Shown piece by piece: positions 36,301 to 48,995 of a stretch of 64,000 bases of DNA. This stretch comes from Nageia nagi (Eukaryota; Plantae; Pinophyta), in NCBI GenBank assembly GCA_050084985.1, contig JBITNC010000001.1:18042001-18106000 (forward strand), given 5' to 3'. Position 1 is the first letter of the stretch. The number at the start of each line of letters is the position of its first letter. A program made the position numbers and the translations under genes. The notes below the pieces were generated by a model. It ran no database searches and had not been told where the DNA came from. It was given only the letters and a program-made list of their open reading frames with translations.

Positions 36301-38493
36301 ATCAATGAAAGCAAGGGAATAATAATTTATACTTCAAATTTTTATTTGCATTGGAACACAAATATCTGAATGCAATAATTGTAGAGGATATGATGCCCTC
36401 CATTATTGGCCTTTTGGAAAGGTTGATATAGAGTTATTCCCCAAATCATGCCCTTCACATACTTCTTTGCATTCATCCACCTTTTGTAGCCCATATACCA
36501 TTTGATGTGATGTCAACAATTTTAAACTAGCATAATTTAGACATCCATATCTCAAATTCCATAACCAACCTTTATTTTCAATTTATACATTAGCAATTTG
36601 GTCCCCTTGGCCAACAAATTTAATAGTAAACAACTTATTTTTACTTATGGGTACTATTGTGACTAACTTATTACCATGGTTTTTATCATAAATTACACAT
36701 TTATCATCTTCAAACACTAACTTGTAATTCCTTTTCATAATTTTCCCAACGCTTAGTAAATCATATTTTGGATTGGAAGTGTAATATATTTCATTTATAT
36801 TTTTGGTACCTTCCTTGTTTTGCACATTTATAGTACCAATACCTTCAACTTGTAATGCATTATCATCATCGATCCTTATCTTGAATTTGTAGTTGTCAAC
36901 ACTTGCAAGCAATTCCCCCATGTTGGTCATATAGTTGGATCATACTAAATCAAGTATCCATGTCTCTTGTATGCTTTGATTAGCCTTACCATATGTTAAA
37001 AATAAATTTGCATCCTCCTCTCCATAGTTTGCACCACTTATCCCCTCTTGAGACGCTTTGAGTCTATAATCTCTCTCATAGTGTCTAAAATTATTGCAAT
37101 AGAAGCATTTCTCATTTTGTTTATCATTATTTAGTTGGCCTCTTCCTTTCCCTATACCTTTATATGCACCTCTTATTCCTCTTCCTCTACCTTGTCCTCT
37201 ACCTATTCCTTGGCCACTCACATAGACTTTAGCCTATTTGGATGCAAAATCCTTCTCTTTGGCACCTCTAACACTTGAAGATGTAGGTTCTTGTAACCTT
37301 TATTCATGGGACATCAAGGAGCCACTGAGTTGACCAAAATTGAGAGTAGAAATATTTTTTCTCTCTTTAACAATAATAACCACATGGTTCTATTTTGGAA
37401 GAAGAGTACTCAAAACCTTCTTTACCAAAACTTAATTTCTAACCTCTTCACCAAGATTCTTCATTTTATTCATGACTGCACTATAATATAATAATCACCA
37501 AATTTACCATTGTCTTGTATTTTGAGATTTTTAAAATATATTTTCAATGTTTAGAGCTTCACTTGTTTAAATTATGCACTTCCTTGATAACCATCATTCA
37601 AATCATTCCATGTCTCTTAAGCTAATATGCATGGAGAAATCCTTTAAAATATGCTCTTATCCAAGCTCATTTGAAGATGGTACCATGCACATGAGTTATT
37701 GTTTTTGAGCCTCCTTTCTAGTAGTATTGTCATTAGCTTGAAGAGCATTCTAATCAGTAGGTTCAACATAACCTTCCTTCATAATATCCTAAAAAACTTT
37801 TCCTATGAGTAGAGTCCTCATCTTAATACTCCAATACTCGTAGTATTCATCATTGAACTCTAGGATGGGCCATGAGTTATTATTGTTGGCTACAATTGTA
37901 AGTTACACAACAAAAAATTAGATGAAAACTTTAGAGAGATTAATAAGGTCTTTCAAACTTCACCCACACGATCAAATCTAATGACCAAATTGGGCTTTGA
38001 TACCATAATGAGAGAATGGTCATTGAATTAGCTTTCAAATTGGAGTACAATGATTTTATAGTTCCATATTGGAACAAGGTTACAAAATACATGGTTGATA
38101 AGAAAAAACACATATCTATAAAAAATTACTATAAAATTATCCCAAATTCATGTGAACAAGCCTATGGACACTTGCAATATATTCACACATATTCTACCAT
38201 GATATAATAACCATCCACTAGAGTTACAAGTCAAAATAATAAAATAAACTCAAGAAAAACTAACTATAGTCAAGATCTACCCATGTAACAAAGCCAATAA
38301 TTCATGTATAGAATGACTATATAGGATCGTCTGGGTGACTAATTGTGGACTAGATTATCTTGATGATTGGGTCTGTAAAATCATGCTTGATGAAGAAGAT
38401 TGTGAAATCATAATCATCTCTATGCTGGATGATTGGGATAAATGTGAAGATATAATGATGATAGCTTAAGAAGATCCAATTCAAACTCCAACA
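33395..38493 (-). mobile_element. Ty1/Copia LTR retrotransposon, old and decayed
   Basis: LTRs 33395-33850 and 38009-38493; perfect TSD CCACT (33390-33394, 38494-38498); PBS gctttgatacca 37994-38005; gag knuckle 36940..37221, integrase 35995..36180, RT 34302..34784, RNase H 34053..34283. Confidence 0.95.
33870..37890 (-). pseudogene. Copia gag-pol pseudogene
   Basis: RG-rich segment plus CFYCNNFRHY knuckle, WILD protease, CIFIGY, EFDMKDLGLMHYFL, STSG...WISKK motifs. Confidence 0.9.
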
Positions 38494-39272
38494 CCACTCA
38501 AGTAATCATCTCTAATGCATCAATGTTGGTTCATAATTGACACAAGGAGGGAGTTCAAAGGGGGAAGGGTAAGGAGGAGGTGATCTCCAAGGACTCAAAC
38601 CTCTCTCTGTAACCTAAGAATAAGAAGGTCTTAGTGATAGGTGAATCATCCAACTTGAAGGTAATGAGGGTTATAGGAACATCTTTGCAAGAGCCACCTA
38701 AGGGCCAAGAGGATTACATAGAGCTTTTGCATGCTTTGACCCGATCCACGAGGGTGACTCTTTTCTATGTTGAACATGCATATGAGGAGTGGGTTGATGA
38801 CCATAAAGAGAAAATAAAGTTAGAGAAATCCCAAGATCTAGGAAGCTCCAAAGGGAAGTGAAGATCTTGGAGAGCCTAACTCCATGAAGCTCTAAGGGAA
38901 AGGGGAAGTCTATCTCCTAGATTATTTTTGAGATCATATTTGATACTTTTTGTTTTGTTTTAAGTTATTTTGGTTATGTTTGATTTGTATAGGGTTCTTA
39001 TGGAGATCATATTAGATGAAAATATGAAGACTTGTAAATGATATAGGGTCCTTTCAAAACCCTCTTTTTATCCTATATATATATATATCATTTTTTTATC
39101 AATATCATTTAAATATTTATGTTATAATAATGTGCGAAAGAATAACATGAATGCCAATAGATGGAAGTTTTGGTATTTTTTTATTTAAAATAATTTATAA
39201 AATAAAATGATTTAATGGTGGATTAGTTTAAGATTTATATTCAAAATTAATATTGTTTTATATTTCAAACAA

Positions 39273-39345
39273 GATGAGATGATTGGTCAATTGGTAAGAT
39301 TATCAATTTAGTGGTGAGAGGTCACAAGTTCAATCTACATAAAAG
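39273..39345 (+). other. tRNA-derived SINE-head-like remnant (Pol III A/B boxes)
   Basis: tggtcaattgg (39284-39294) and agttcaatct (39327-39336) at tRNA-like spacing; no cloverleaf. Confidence 0.4.
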
Positions 39346-39874
39346 CTTAAATTATTTTTGACATGTGATGAATTTATTTTTATAATTTTTTTAAATTATA
39401 TTAATATATAATTATTATGTAGTATATACATATTTTTTAAATGCTTATTATTTAAATTATCCATGGACCTTAACCTTTATCTTTGAAATTTATTTTGCAA
39501 AAAATCATGGAAAATATGTCAAAATGAATATATTTGAAGAGAGAAAAAAGCAACAACATATAGAACAATAAAGACAAAATTGAAGAGATTATTAGAGAAA
39601 AATATGAGAAAATATGACATACAATCAAAGATAAAATAACAATACCATGCAAAACATAAAGTGGAAACACCAATGGAATAAATTCAAGAACAAAAGTAAA
39701 GGTTGCAAAAATGGAGAGCACCAATATATAACAAACATAGAATTAGAGGTGAATAATATAGTACTTCATACAATTTATTAAACACTTATGAGTATTAGAT
39801 GATATAATGAAGAAACACAAAGGCACAAGGGTATCTAAAATGGTCATTTCGATAATGAATAAATTTTTAAAAAT

Positions 39875-40385
39875 AATGGATGATAAGAAAGATAGAGTGA
39901 GTGTAATAAGAAGAATTTGTACATGCTAAGCAAAAATTAACAATTGAACAAAATGAAAAATGAAAAACTTGTACATATCAAATAGAGACCTCATTTATCG
40001 CCAATCACCATATACATATCTATTGTTGTTGCTTCATTTGCCTTACATCTCTTTTATATTGATATTGTGAATATATTATATACATAATATAATAAAATAT
40101 TTTTACGAATAGAAATAATGATGTTACAAATATATTTATAAAAATATATTATGAATATGCAAAATTAATATTATCAATTTATTTTAGATTGCAAATTTAT
40201 TACAAAATATATAATAGATTTTAAATAACAAAGTATTTAACCAAACAAATAAACTTTTTTTGCTAAAAAGTTACAAAATTGAAAATTGAATATCTAAAAA
40301 TTAAACTTAATTCCTTATTTCTACCTTGAATCTATTTTGCAGAACTTCAAATGTGATCTCTTCCTTTATAGATTTTTTTATTAAA
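39875..40385 (-). repeat. Right arm of the AT-rich inverted repeat
   Basis: Reverse complement of 30255-30318 plus 31485-32080. Confidence 0.8.
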
Positions 40386-40454
40386 AAAAATTATGTACAA
40401 ACATTTGGGTCCTTTGCCTCCCTTGGGCTACCATTGTAGGATGCCTCCCAGCAT

Positions 40455-40613
40455 AACTAGCTTAGATATCTTAGACATATGTCTAAAACACCAAGAGGTA
40501 TCAATCTCAAGGTGCCTATCTTGGAAATCACACTTCCAAGAAAAGATATAGGCACCTTAAGATTGATATCTCTCAATATTTTTAGGTATATGTCTAAACT
40601 ATCTAAGCTAGTT
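40455..40613. repeat. ~160-bp fold-back hairpin (MITE-like or hairpin-RNA-like)
   Basis: Paired segments aactagcttagata/tatctaagctagtt, tatcaatctcaaggtgcctat/ataggcaccttaagattgata and inner cttggaa/ttccaag. Confidence 0.85.
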
Positions 40614-41629
40614 TTATTTTTTATTATAGAATTATTAGTAATTATTGATATATAATTATTTTATTTAGTATAAATTATATTACATTTTACTTGTATGTTC
40701 TAAATTCAACTAAGATAATAATTTTGTATTCATAAAATTCATATTAAGCTTAATGGGAATCCTTATATTGTTAATTAAATTATGGGAATTATTATTATTG
40801 CTTGGTCTAATGTAAATGGTATATAAAAATAAAATATCGTAATAATGTAAAAGGGAAAAAAGATATAAAAAAGGAGGTTATTATAAGTGATAATGTAAGA
40901 AGATTTGTGTTCTAAATACAACATGAGTGACACAAATATGCCTGATATCCAATATTGTGTACTCTTATTTTTTACGAAGCCTCTAAGTTAAATCTAAGAA
41001 TGGATATGGCAACATGAATCATCTTAACAACTCCATCAATACTATTACTAAAACACAAAAAAGGATCTTATCTCTTTAAAATATCAAGAATTTTTAAATA
41101 TCACCAATGTAGGAGGTGGGAGTTGAACTTGAGACATTCAATGTGGGTGCCATCACACCTCAATTATTTCTCAAATCCCTTGATAAGAGGTGATAAGTTA
41201 TTATTTGAAGGTTTTAACATCATATTGTACTTGATCTAGATTTGGAATTTTATTTTAATGATTTATTTTCATTTGGGTTCAATGTTTTTTCTTATATGAG
41301 AAATAATAATTCAAACACTTAATTGATATATATTTGCTTTTGGACAAACTTTTATACATCCTACAAACCAATGGTTTTAAAAGGATGATAAAAGACTCAT
41401 AACTACAAATGATCTAAGGATGAATAAAAGATCTAGGTCAATCCTTCAATCAAAATATTTTTTCACATAAAGCATACCTTTAACAATGACTTTAATGCTT
41501 TTTTCAATAAAGCAATAAGTAAAACTAGCTTCAAATTACACATGATGTAGTGAAGACCAATTGACTCCTAATAAGTAGAAAATGGATGGTAAGAAAGAAA
41601 AATTGAAAATGATAATAAGATAAGAAATG

Positions 41630-41930
41630 TGATTATGGATGAATATTATTGCAAACAAGTATTTTTATAGATGAATATTATTATGAACAAGTGTTGTTGC
41701 AGATGTGTGATGCTATAAATAAGTGTTGCAAGTATGTTGTGAATGTATTATGAGTGACTGTTATGGATATGCTATAAACATGGGGGCATGTATGTATTAT
41801 GAATATATGATACAAATGGATGTTGTTGCAGGTGAGTGTTGTTATATATGTCTATTGTTATGGATGAGTGCTACTATTGTTATTATTTTACTATGGATGA
41901 ATATTACTACAAATAAGTGTTATTATAAAT
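41630..41930. repeat. Degenerate short-period tandem repeat (gatgaatattatt / aagtgttgttgca units)
   Basis: Repeated ~15-16-bp motifs; accounts for the spurious Cys/Tyr-rich ORF 41723..41986. Confidence 0.65.
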
Positions 41931-42779
41931 GCACATCAATAGGGATGTATGTAGCAATATCATTGTATATTATGTTATTGATGTAAACACATAAAATAAT
42001 TTTCTATTTATACTAAAATCATGTTTTATGATATCTAAAAATAATATCATTAAAAGATGTAAATATTAAAATAAGTTCAAGTATAAAATAAGATAAAAGT
42101 AAAGTATTCCTTATAAGATTCTAATTAGATCCACACATAATCTAGATATGTCAACTTGGAGAGCATATCCAACAATTCTATAAATATCAAAAATATCTTT
42201 TAGAACCATGTATATAAGGATATAGTAGACTCTTTTGCATTAGTACATTGTTTTTTGTTATTCTTCATAATTCTTTGAGATACAGGATGTCAATGGAGTT
42301 TGTCACCTTAGCACACAACATCCACAATATGCTTTTTACACATTAAAGTCTTTATATTTTAAAGATATTTAATGATATCATTGGAGATATTAAATATGAT
42401 ATTCTATAAGAGTTTAAGATCTAACCTAGTTTGTGCATCATTGAAGAATATTTTGTGTAGTGATGCTAGATTGCCATTAATTGGCAATTCATAACTATAA
42501 GATGAATTATATATGCATTTAATTTATTTTTATCAATCTACATTAAAATTTATTTATTTTAAGGAATTTCATCCTTTAGGATAAAATTTGATGCATATAT
42601 GAGAAGGAATTGACATCGTTTGCGATGTTGATTATTTATGAGAAGGGAATCAGTATTGTAAAAAGGACCAGTTAAATGATATTACTACTCATATTCATCA
42701 ACTTAAGGCAAACCTTGATGTATTGAACCAATTCATGGAAAGATTAAGGCATTTGAGCAGTAATAATAAAAATGGATAG

Positions 42780-43325
42780 TAAGCTTCCACTAGTATTACC
42801 AAAGGGTTAGATAAATAATTTGTAAACACAAAATATGATTTGACCAACATTAGATCTTAGCTAAAGGAATAATAAAAGGAAGAGGATTATGATATATCCT
42901 TTAATAGCCTTTATGTGAAGATATATTGAATTTTCCCCTACCAAGAAATGAGGATAAGTTGATGGCAAATTATTTCCACGGAGTCTAAAGTATTATGTAA
43001 GTGAGTGGTTTTATAAGTTATCTTATAGATCCATTCATTTATTTAGTGAAATTATGAAGTTATTTATGAATAATAATAAACACAACACTAAAAACCTTAT
43101 CAAGGTAGAAGATCTATGTCATTAGTCAAGGATCCTACGAATAATTAGACAAGTTCATCCCACAATTCAAGAAGGTATGAGTACAATCTACTAAATGCAA
43201 GTTAGATGAAGATAAATAAATAGAATTTGTGCATATATTATTCTTCCAATTTTGAAACATGATATAGATTATTTAGAGCAAGATTTGAGACTATGACAAA
43301 GAAGGTTTTGGAAAAAGAACCAATT
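42780..43325 (+). pseudogene. Old non-chromovirus-type Gypsy gag remnant (host of the downstream nest)
   Basis: KLFPRSLK...EWFYKL...SI-like retrotransposon gag motif ~42960-43040; resumes at 46321. Confidence 0.6.
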
Positions 43326-46320
43326 TGTTTTAATTACATAATGCATTGAGAGTGGGGATGAATCAGTGTATTATAATTTAAAAACTCAACTGGTCAACTA
43401 ATAAAACTAAATTCATGTAAGATAAGAAATGAAATAAACCAAAGTATAGTAAGCACATCAAGAGAGCATCACACAATGTAAGATGTAACGAGGTTCACCA
43501 ATATGACTACATCCTCAAATTGGATTGCTTGGATCATGGTCCAAATTGAACCATTACAAAGCACCAAATTTACAATCATTTATCGACACCAAATAGAAGG
43601 ACAATCAATCCATTTGCTTTACCATCATCCATTGGAAGGAGCACCAACCGCTATTTTACTAGCACCAACTAGAAGAGGCACCAACCCTTAAGTTTTGTAG
43701 TACCAACTACAAGGAGCATCAACCCCTAAGCTAAGCACCATGTTGCACTTCAAACCTCAGTCATTAGTTTGATATATAAATATGCCTTTATTATTTAAAA
43801 ATCTTTATCTGATTTATAGCTCATTCAACTTCACTCTTGGCTACCTTTGTTTGAATCTTGCACTCAATCTTCATAGCCAATCCATTACCATCTTTATCAT
43901 TCTATCAATGTATAATCTTCACTAAAATCTCACTCTAACACATTCTTTGTTCTATTTTTCCTCTTCAACATTCACATGCATGAACACTACACCTTGTTTA
44001 TTTTTCATTCAAACATACTCATTGCATCTCCTTCACTCTACTACACCTCGATTAATAATAGCAACTACAAGAGCTTTAAAATTTTCTTATACTTTTATTG
44101 ATCTGCTATCTCTTACAAATACATGCTACTCTCATCCGTATACACCACACACATATCTTCATCAATTACTCATTCATGTAACTATATTTTCAATCATAGA
44201 TACTATATCATTCTCCTCTATGCCTTCTCATCTTTTCATTTTTGCTCTCCTTCTACATGCATTGCATTATGTAACTCTCCTTTCTTTAACTTACTCCCTA
44301 TTCTTCTTTAGCTGCTCAACAAGTCATTCACACCATACTATTACCATCAAAGTATTTTCAACTTATTTACAATGAAATCCACCCTGCTAGTCTATTACTC
44401 TTACTTCATCTTCCTTTTTCTCTTTACTACCTTCTTAACAGAACCAACAAATAATCTCACAATCACATTTTAACATTTTTACTTGGATATTCCAAAATAA
44501 TTCTTGCTGATCATGCTTAATTGTGATTGTCCTCAACCATATTTTCTAGTTACTTTCTTAAAATAATCACCACTCCCTAGTTATTTTTATAAGGTTTTAA
44601 TTAATTGCTTTTAATATTTCTTTCATAAACCACTCTTGATCAATAATTTTATTCATGGTGATCATTCAATTACAACCTCTTCACTTTCAGTTACAAAAGT
44701 AATAAATATAAGAAAATCCCATACATTGAAGCTACTTTAAATTTTGATACAAGTGTCCAAATGCAATAAATTTTGATACAAAAATAATAAACATAAGAAA
44801 GTCCCATACATTGAAGCTGCTATAAATTTTGATACAAGTTTCCACCATTGAATAGATTATTTTTGATAGATATGCATCGAGTGGTCATACGATCCCTTTT
44901 TCCTCAAATATGAACATTTGATAGTTATTTTCATAATTATTGCAAAAAATGAGTCATAAATGCCCAAAACAAATTATGGGATAATCACACTTAATTTATC
45001 CTCTATGTGCATAATCAAACTTATTTTATCCTTTATGTTTTTTACACCCAACAAACTTTGTTAATGGTCAACAAACTTCGTTGATGCCCGATAAGGTATG
45101 CATAAACGCCCAAACCATATTGGATAATCACACTTAGTTTATCATATACATTTTTAACATCATAAGTGCTTTATTTTGAACCCTAAAATTTTTTTATGAG
45201 ACCTAACTAACATTTTTATGCTCGATTATAAGCATTTTTGACATATTTTAATAGACTACTTTATTTAGTAGTTAATTTTTCAACAAAGGTAGTCATGCAT
45301 ATACTCGTTGGAAAGATTATTTCAATAAATATCTAATAAATAAGAAATAAAATTAATTTGAATCATGTAATAAGAGTTATAGCTCTCCAAATATTACTAA
45401 TATTTTTTCTATGATAAATTCTTACCATCATAGCTCCACTTTGCATTGTCAGACTCTTCCTTCCATTGTCAGAATTTACCTTTTATTCTCAGAATTCATT
45501 GGCTATTATCGACCTTCACCTTACATTGTTGGATATCACTTTACATTATCAACCTTAACCCTACATTTTCAAACATCACTTTGCATTATTAGGCTTCATA
45601 TTTTCTCTACCATTTTACCTTCTTTGCTATGGTGTGTTGACAATAACTCTGCTATAGTGTGTTGACAACAATGATAAACTCTTGCTTAACAATTTGACCA
45701 TATCATCATTTTTGAACAACACCTAGAAAATACATGGTATTACTTGATACTACATGTATTCAATTTTTGGTAATTCTTAACAGCATATTAACAGTTAACA
45801 ACATTAAAGCTTTCATGCCTAGTAACATTCAACACAATTGTATTAGCATAAAACATTCATCCTTTACACTGTGTTATGAATTTTTCTTTTAATATTCTCA
45901 CAAACCTATAATATGAATTCCTTAAACTTAACATTAACATGATGTGAATATTATCCTTTTTGTAAGATCATGTCCCCCAAAAATAACACCCTGCATGACC
46001 TAACAGTGTATATTTTCACTATTAGCACTCCATGACTTCTTGACTTATTCTTCATGTTATTTTCCAAATATTATATAGCTGAAATTTTTATAACTAGCAT
46101 GTGCATAATCATATTTGCATTTGATATTATTCCATTTAATAACCTTTGCCATAACCATGTTCTCATTTGACAGACCTTCATAGGAACCTACACTCTTCAA
46201 CTTTATGATAGAAACACTTAATCTGATAGTATGAATTCATAGTTACCTTTGACATTATATCAAGATTTTCTCTATGACAACAATATCCTTTAACAACAAT
46301 GACAACACCATAGTTCAACA
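43326..46320 (-). mobile_element. ~3-kb solo-like LTR (family X, SIRE-like Copia)
   Basis: Colinear with 52762-55718; TG...CA ends; host gag sequence on both sides; TSD only approximate. Confidence 0.85.
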
Positions 46321-48250
46321 ATTTTAATAGAGTTAGGAACATTAAAAAATGGAGCTCTCATAAATGCAAAAGAGATAAGGAAGCTATATATAAAAATAGA
46401 AGAAATCAATTAATATGGTGGAAGCACCAACATTGATTAGATCTACCACTCAAATGGAGTGTAATTTCACCTTCTCAATTCAACCAAGGATAATTTTTGT
46501 ATATCTTTTAAAAAGAGGTTTGTTGAATCCCCTGGAGAGGATACCACTAGATGATAATGTGGAATTTAATAATAAGGACTAGTGTTGTGCATACCATCAA
46601 AGAAAAATCACTCTAAGAATCAGTGTAAGAACTTGAAGGGTATAATTTTGGAGCTGATTTCAAAAGAAAAATATGAAGATCCAAGAGCCAAAAAGAATGG
46701 AAAATATCGATAAATAGTTTGTAAATATTATTTTCATTGATGAGGAGATTTGTGTCAACATTAAAAGAGGACACCCTAAGCTAGTAACAAATCCAGTTAC
46801 ATAAGAATAATTATTCCACCATATCCAAGAGCATATAATATATTAGAGCAATTAGAAAATACACAAGCGAACATTAGTTTATATGAGCTTATTCACAATT
46901 CCAAACCACCATAGGATGTATTATATAATGCTTTCAAAAGAGAATAAGTTTCTACAAATTTAGCTACCTCTACATTTTTAAAAGTAGTTGATGTAATGTC
47001 ATGAATTTTGATCAAAGTGAGTTTCCAAAATAAACTAAAATTGATGAATATTTAGCTCTTTATATTACACTATGTATATTATAAGGGTATCAAATTAAGA
47101 GGTCTTTGGTTAATCTTAGATCTGATGTAAACATTTACTCTTATAAATTCTTATAATATTTAGAGGAGAAAAGAGTATAAATTCCCCCCTCTGTAAATTC
47201 CCCATCTAAGTGTCCAAATGGGCTCTTGGGATAGTTACATTGCCTATATAAGTTAGTCCTAAGATCTTACAAACTCCAATTCATGTCATAAATGGAAAGT
47301 TGACATATACTTTGTTACTAATAAGGTATTGAATCCATGTTATGAGGGGTTTTACTTCAATATTGCATAGGTATTTGAAATTTGAACATAAAGGATAATT
47401 GCATATAATTGGAGGTTATCAACAACCATATGATTTTTGTAATCTTGATGATTTAGAGCTAGATGTTGTTGATGTTCTTCACATAGAAGTTGATTTGTTT
47501 ATATTATATATTGAGAAGAGTAAATCATTTTAAAAAAAGATAGAAGAATATGTTTATTTCATCAAATGTGAATTGATACATATATAATTAAAGATACAAA
47601 TCCAATGGTGTTTATAAAAACTTTGGGCCATCCCAAATATGCACAAGATTCATACCATCGATGAAGTCTAAATTTTTAGTCACAATTCCAAAATTGTACC
47701 TCTGATAGATAGATAGAAAATACCTCTCAAGAATTTATTATGGTGCTATAAAAAAAGATAAAAATTAGTAAAAATGCAAAACAGAGATCAGGTAAGACAA
47801 ATACACCATTGCTCAAAAGTCCTTTTGTTGAGAAATATAATTATTAAGGAGGAGGTTTGGGAAAATTTGAAGAAAGCATAAAAAAATATTTCTAAAAGTA
47901 CAAAAGACCCAAAGAGTAGGGTAGGATTAGGATTTCGATCATCATAAGAAGAAGATATGTTAGATTGTGCAAAATTATTCAAGGAATGTAATGTAATTGA
48001 AGCATTCAATAACATAATGAGATTGATGAGGAAATATGGGTATATAATGAAGCTCAGTTTGAATTTTATTATTTCAATGTTGCAAATGACATATTAGAGT
48101 TTTTGGGAGTAAGATTAAAATTACCAAATTCTAGCATCAAGAGACAAAGAGGTTACACTTTCAATCAACATGGATACTTTGGAAAATTAGAGAAATATTG
48201 TAATATGGACCAGGCTTAAGAGGACAAAGATCTAGATCAAGATGATATTC
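46321..48250 (+). pseudogene. Old Gypsy gag-protease segment, copy 1
   Basis: Decayed protease motif ~47100; duplicated at 55719-57545. Confidence 0.6.
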
Positions 48251-48254
48251 CACT

Positions 48255-48995
48255 TTCAATCATATTTTCTTTGCCATTTTACCTTCTTTGTTATGGTGTG
48301 TTGATAATAACTCTACTATAGTATGTTGAAAATAATGACAAATTCTTGCTCAATAAATCCAACCATGTCATCAATTCTCAATAAAACCTAGAAAACACTC
48401 GATACTACCTGACCATGCATGTCTTCAATATCTAATAACTATTGGTAACATATTAACAATTAACAATGTTAAAGCTTTCATGCTCGACAACATTCAACAT
48501 AACTATATTAGCATCCAATATTCATCCTTTACATTGCGTTATGAATTTTTATTTTAATCTTCTTACAAATGTATGGTGTGGATGCCTTAAACTTAGCATT
48601 AGCATGGTATGAACATTGTCGTTCCTGTAAGATCATATCCCTTGATAGTAAAAAAAATAACACCTTTCATGACCCAACACTATATGTTTTCACTACTAAT
48701 ACTTCATAACTTCATGGCTTGTTCTTCATGTTATTTTCATGACATTTTATGGTTACACTTCTGACAACTAGCATGTGTACAATCAAATCTACATTTGATA
48801 TTATCCCATCTTGATAATGTTTATCATAACTATGTTCTCATCTGATAAACCTCCAAAGAAACTTGTACTCTTCAACTTTATGATAGTAATATTTACTTTG
48901 ACAGTATGGCTTCATATTTACCTTTAATATTGTAGATATATTGTATCTATGACAACAATATACTTTCAAAATAATGATAATACCATAGGTAAACA
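48255..48995 (-). repeat. Partial family-X LTR (truncated 3' LTR)
   Basis: Matches ~45595-46320 and ~54980-55718; followed on + by PPT complement ttctcaccctttgg. Confidence 0.85.

Larger units (their letters stand above)
32204..39094 (+). mobile_element. ~1.8-kb non-LTR-like insert with a decayed non-RT ORF, interrupted by Copia 33395-38493
   Basis: Candidate 14-bp TSD tttatcaatttcat (32190-32203) / tttatcaatatcat (39095-39108); T-rich 3' region ending in (TA)n at 39074-39088; ORF pieces 32698..32889 and 38634..38861. Confidence 0.6.

Noticed and set aside
39470-39724. Hydrophobic 84-aa ORF as a membrane protein gene
   Set aside because: It is a by-product of an A-rich strand, with no motif or gene structure.
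41630-41986. Repeat array as CRISPR-like, or Cys-rich peptide gene
   Set aside because: It is a degenerate tandem repeat without unique spacers, in a eukaryotic context.
43947-44375. 142-aa ORF in the family-X LTR
   Set aside because: It is low-complexity CT-rich sequence and the frame is broken in the second LTR copy.
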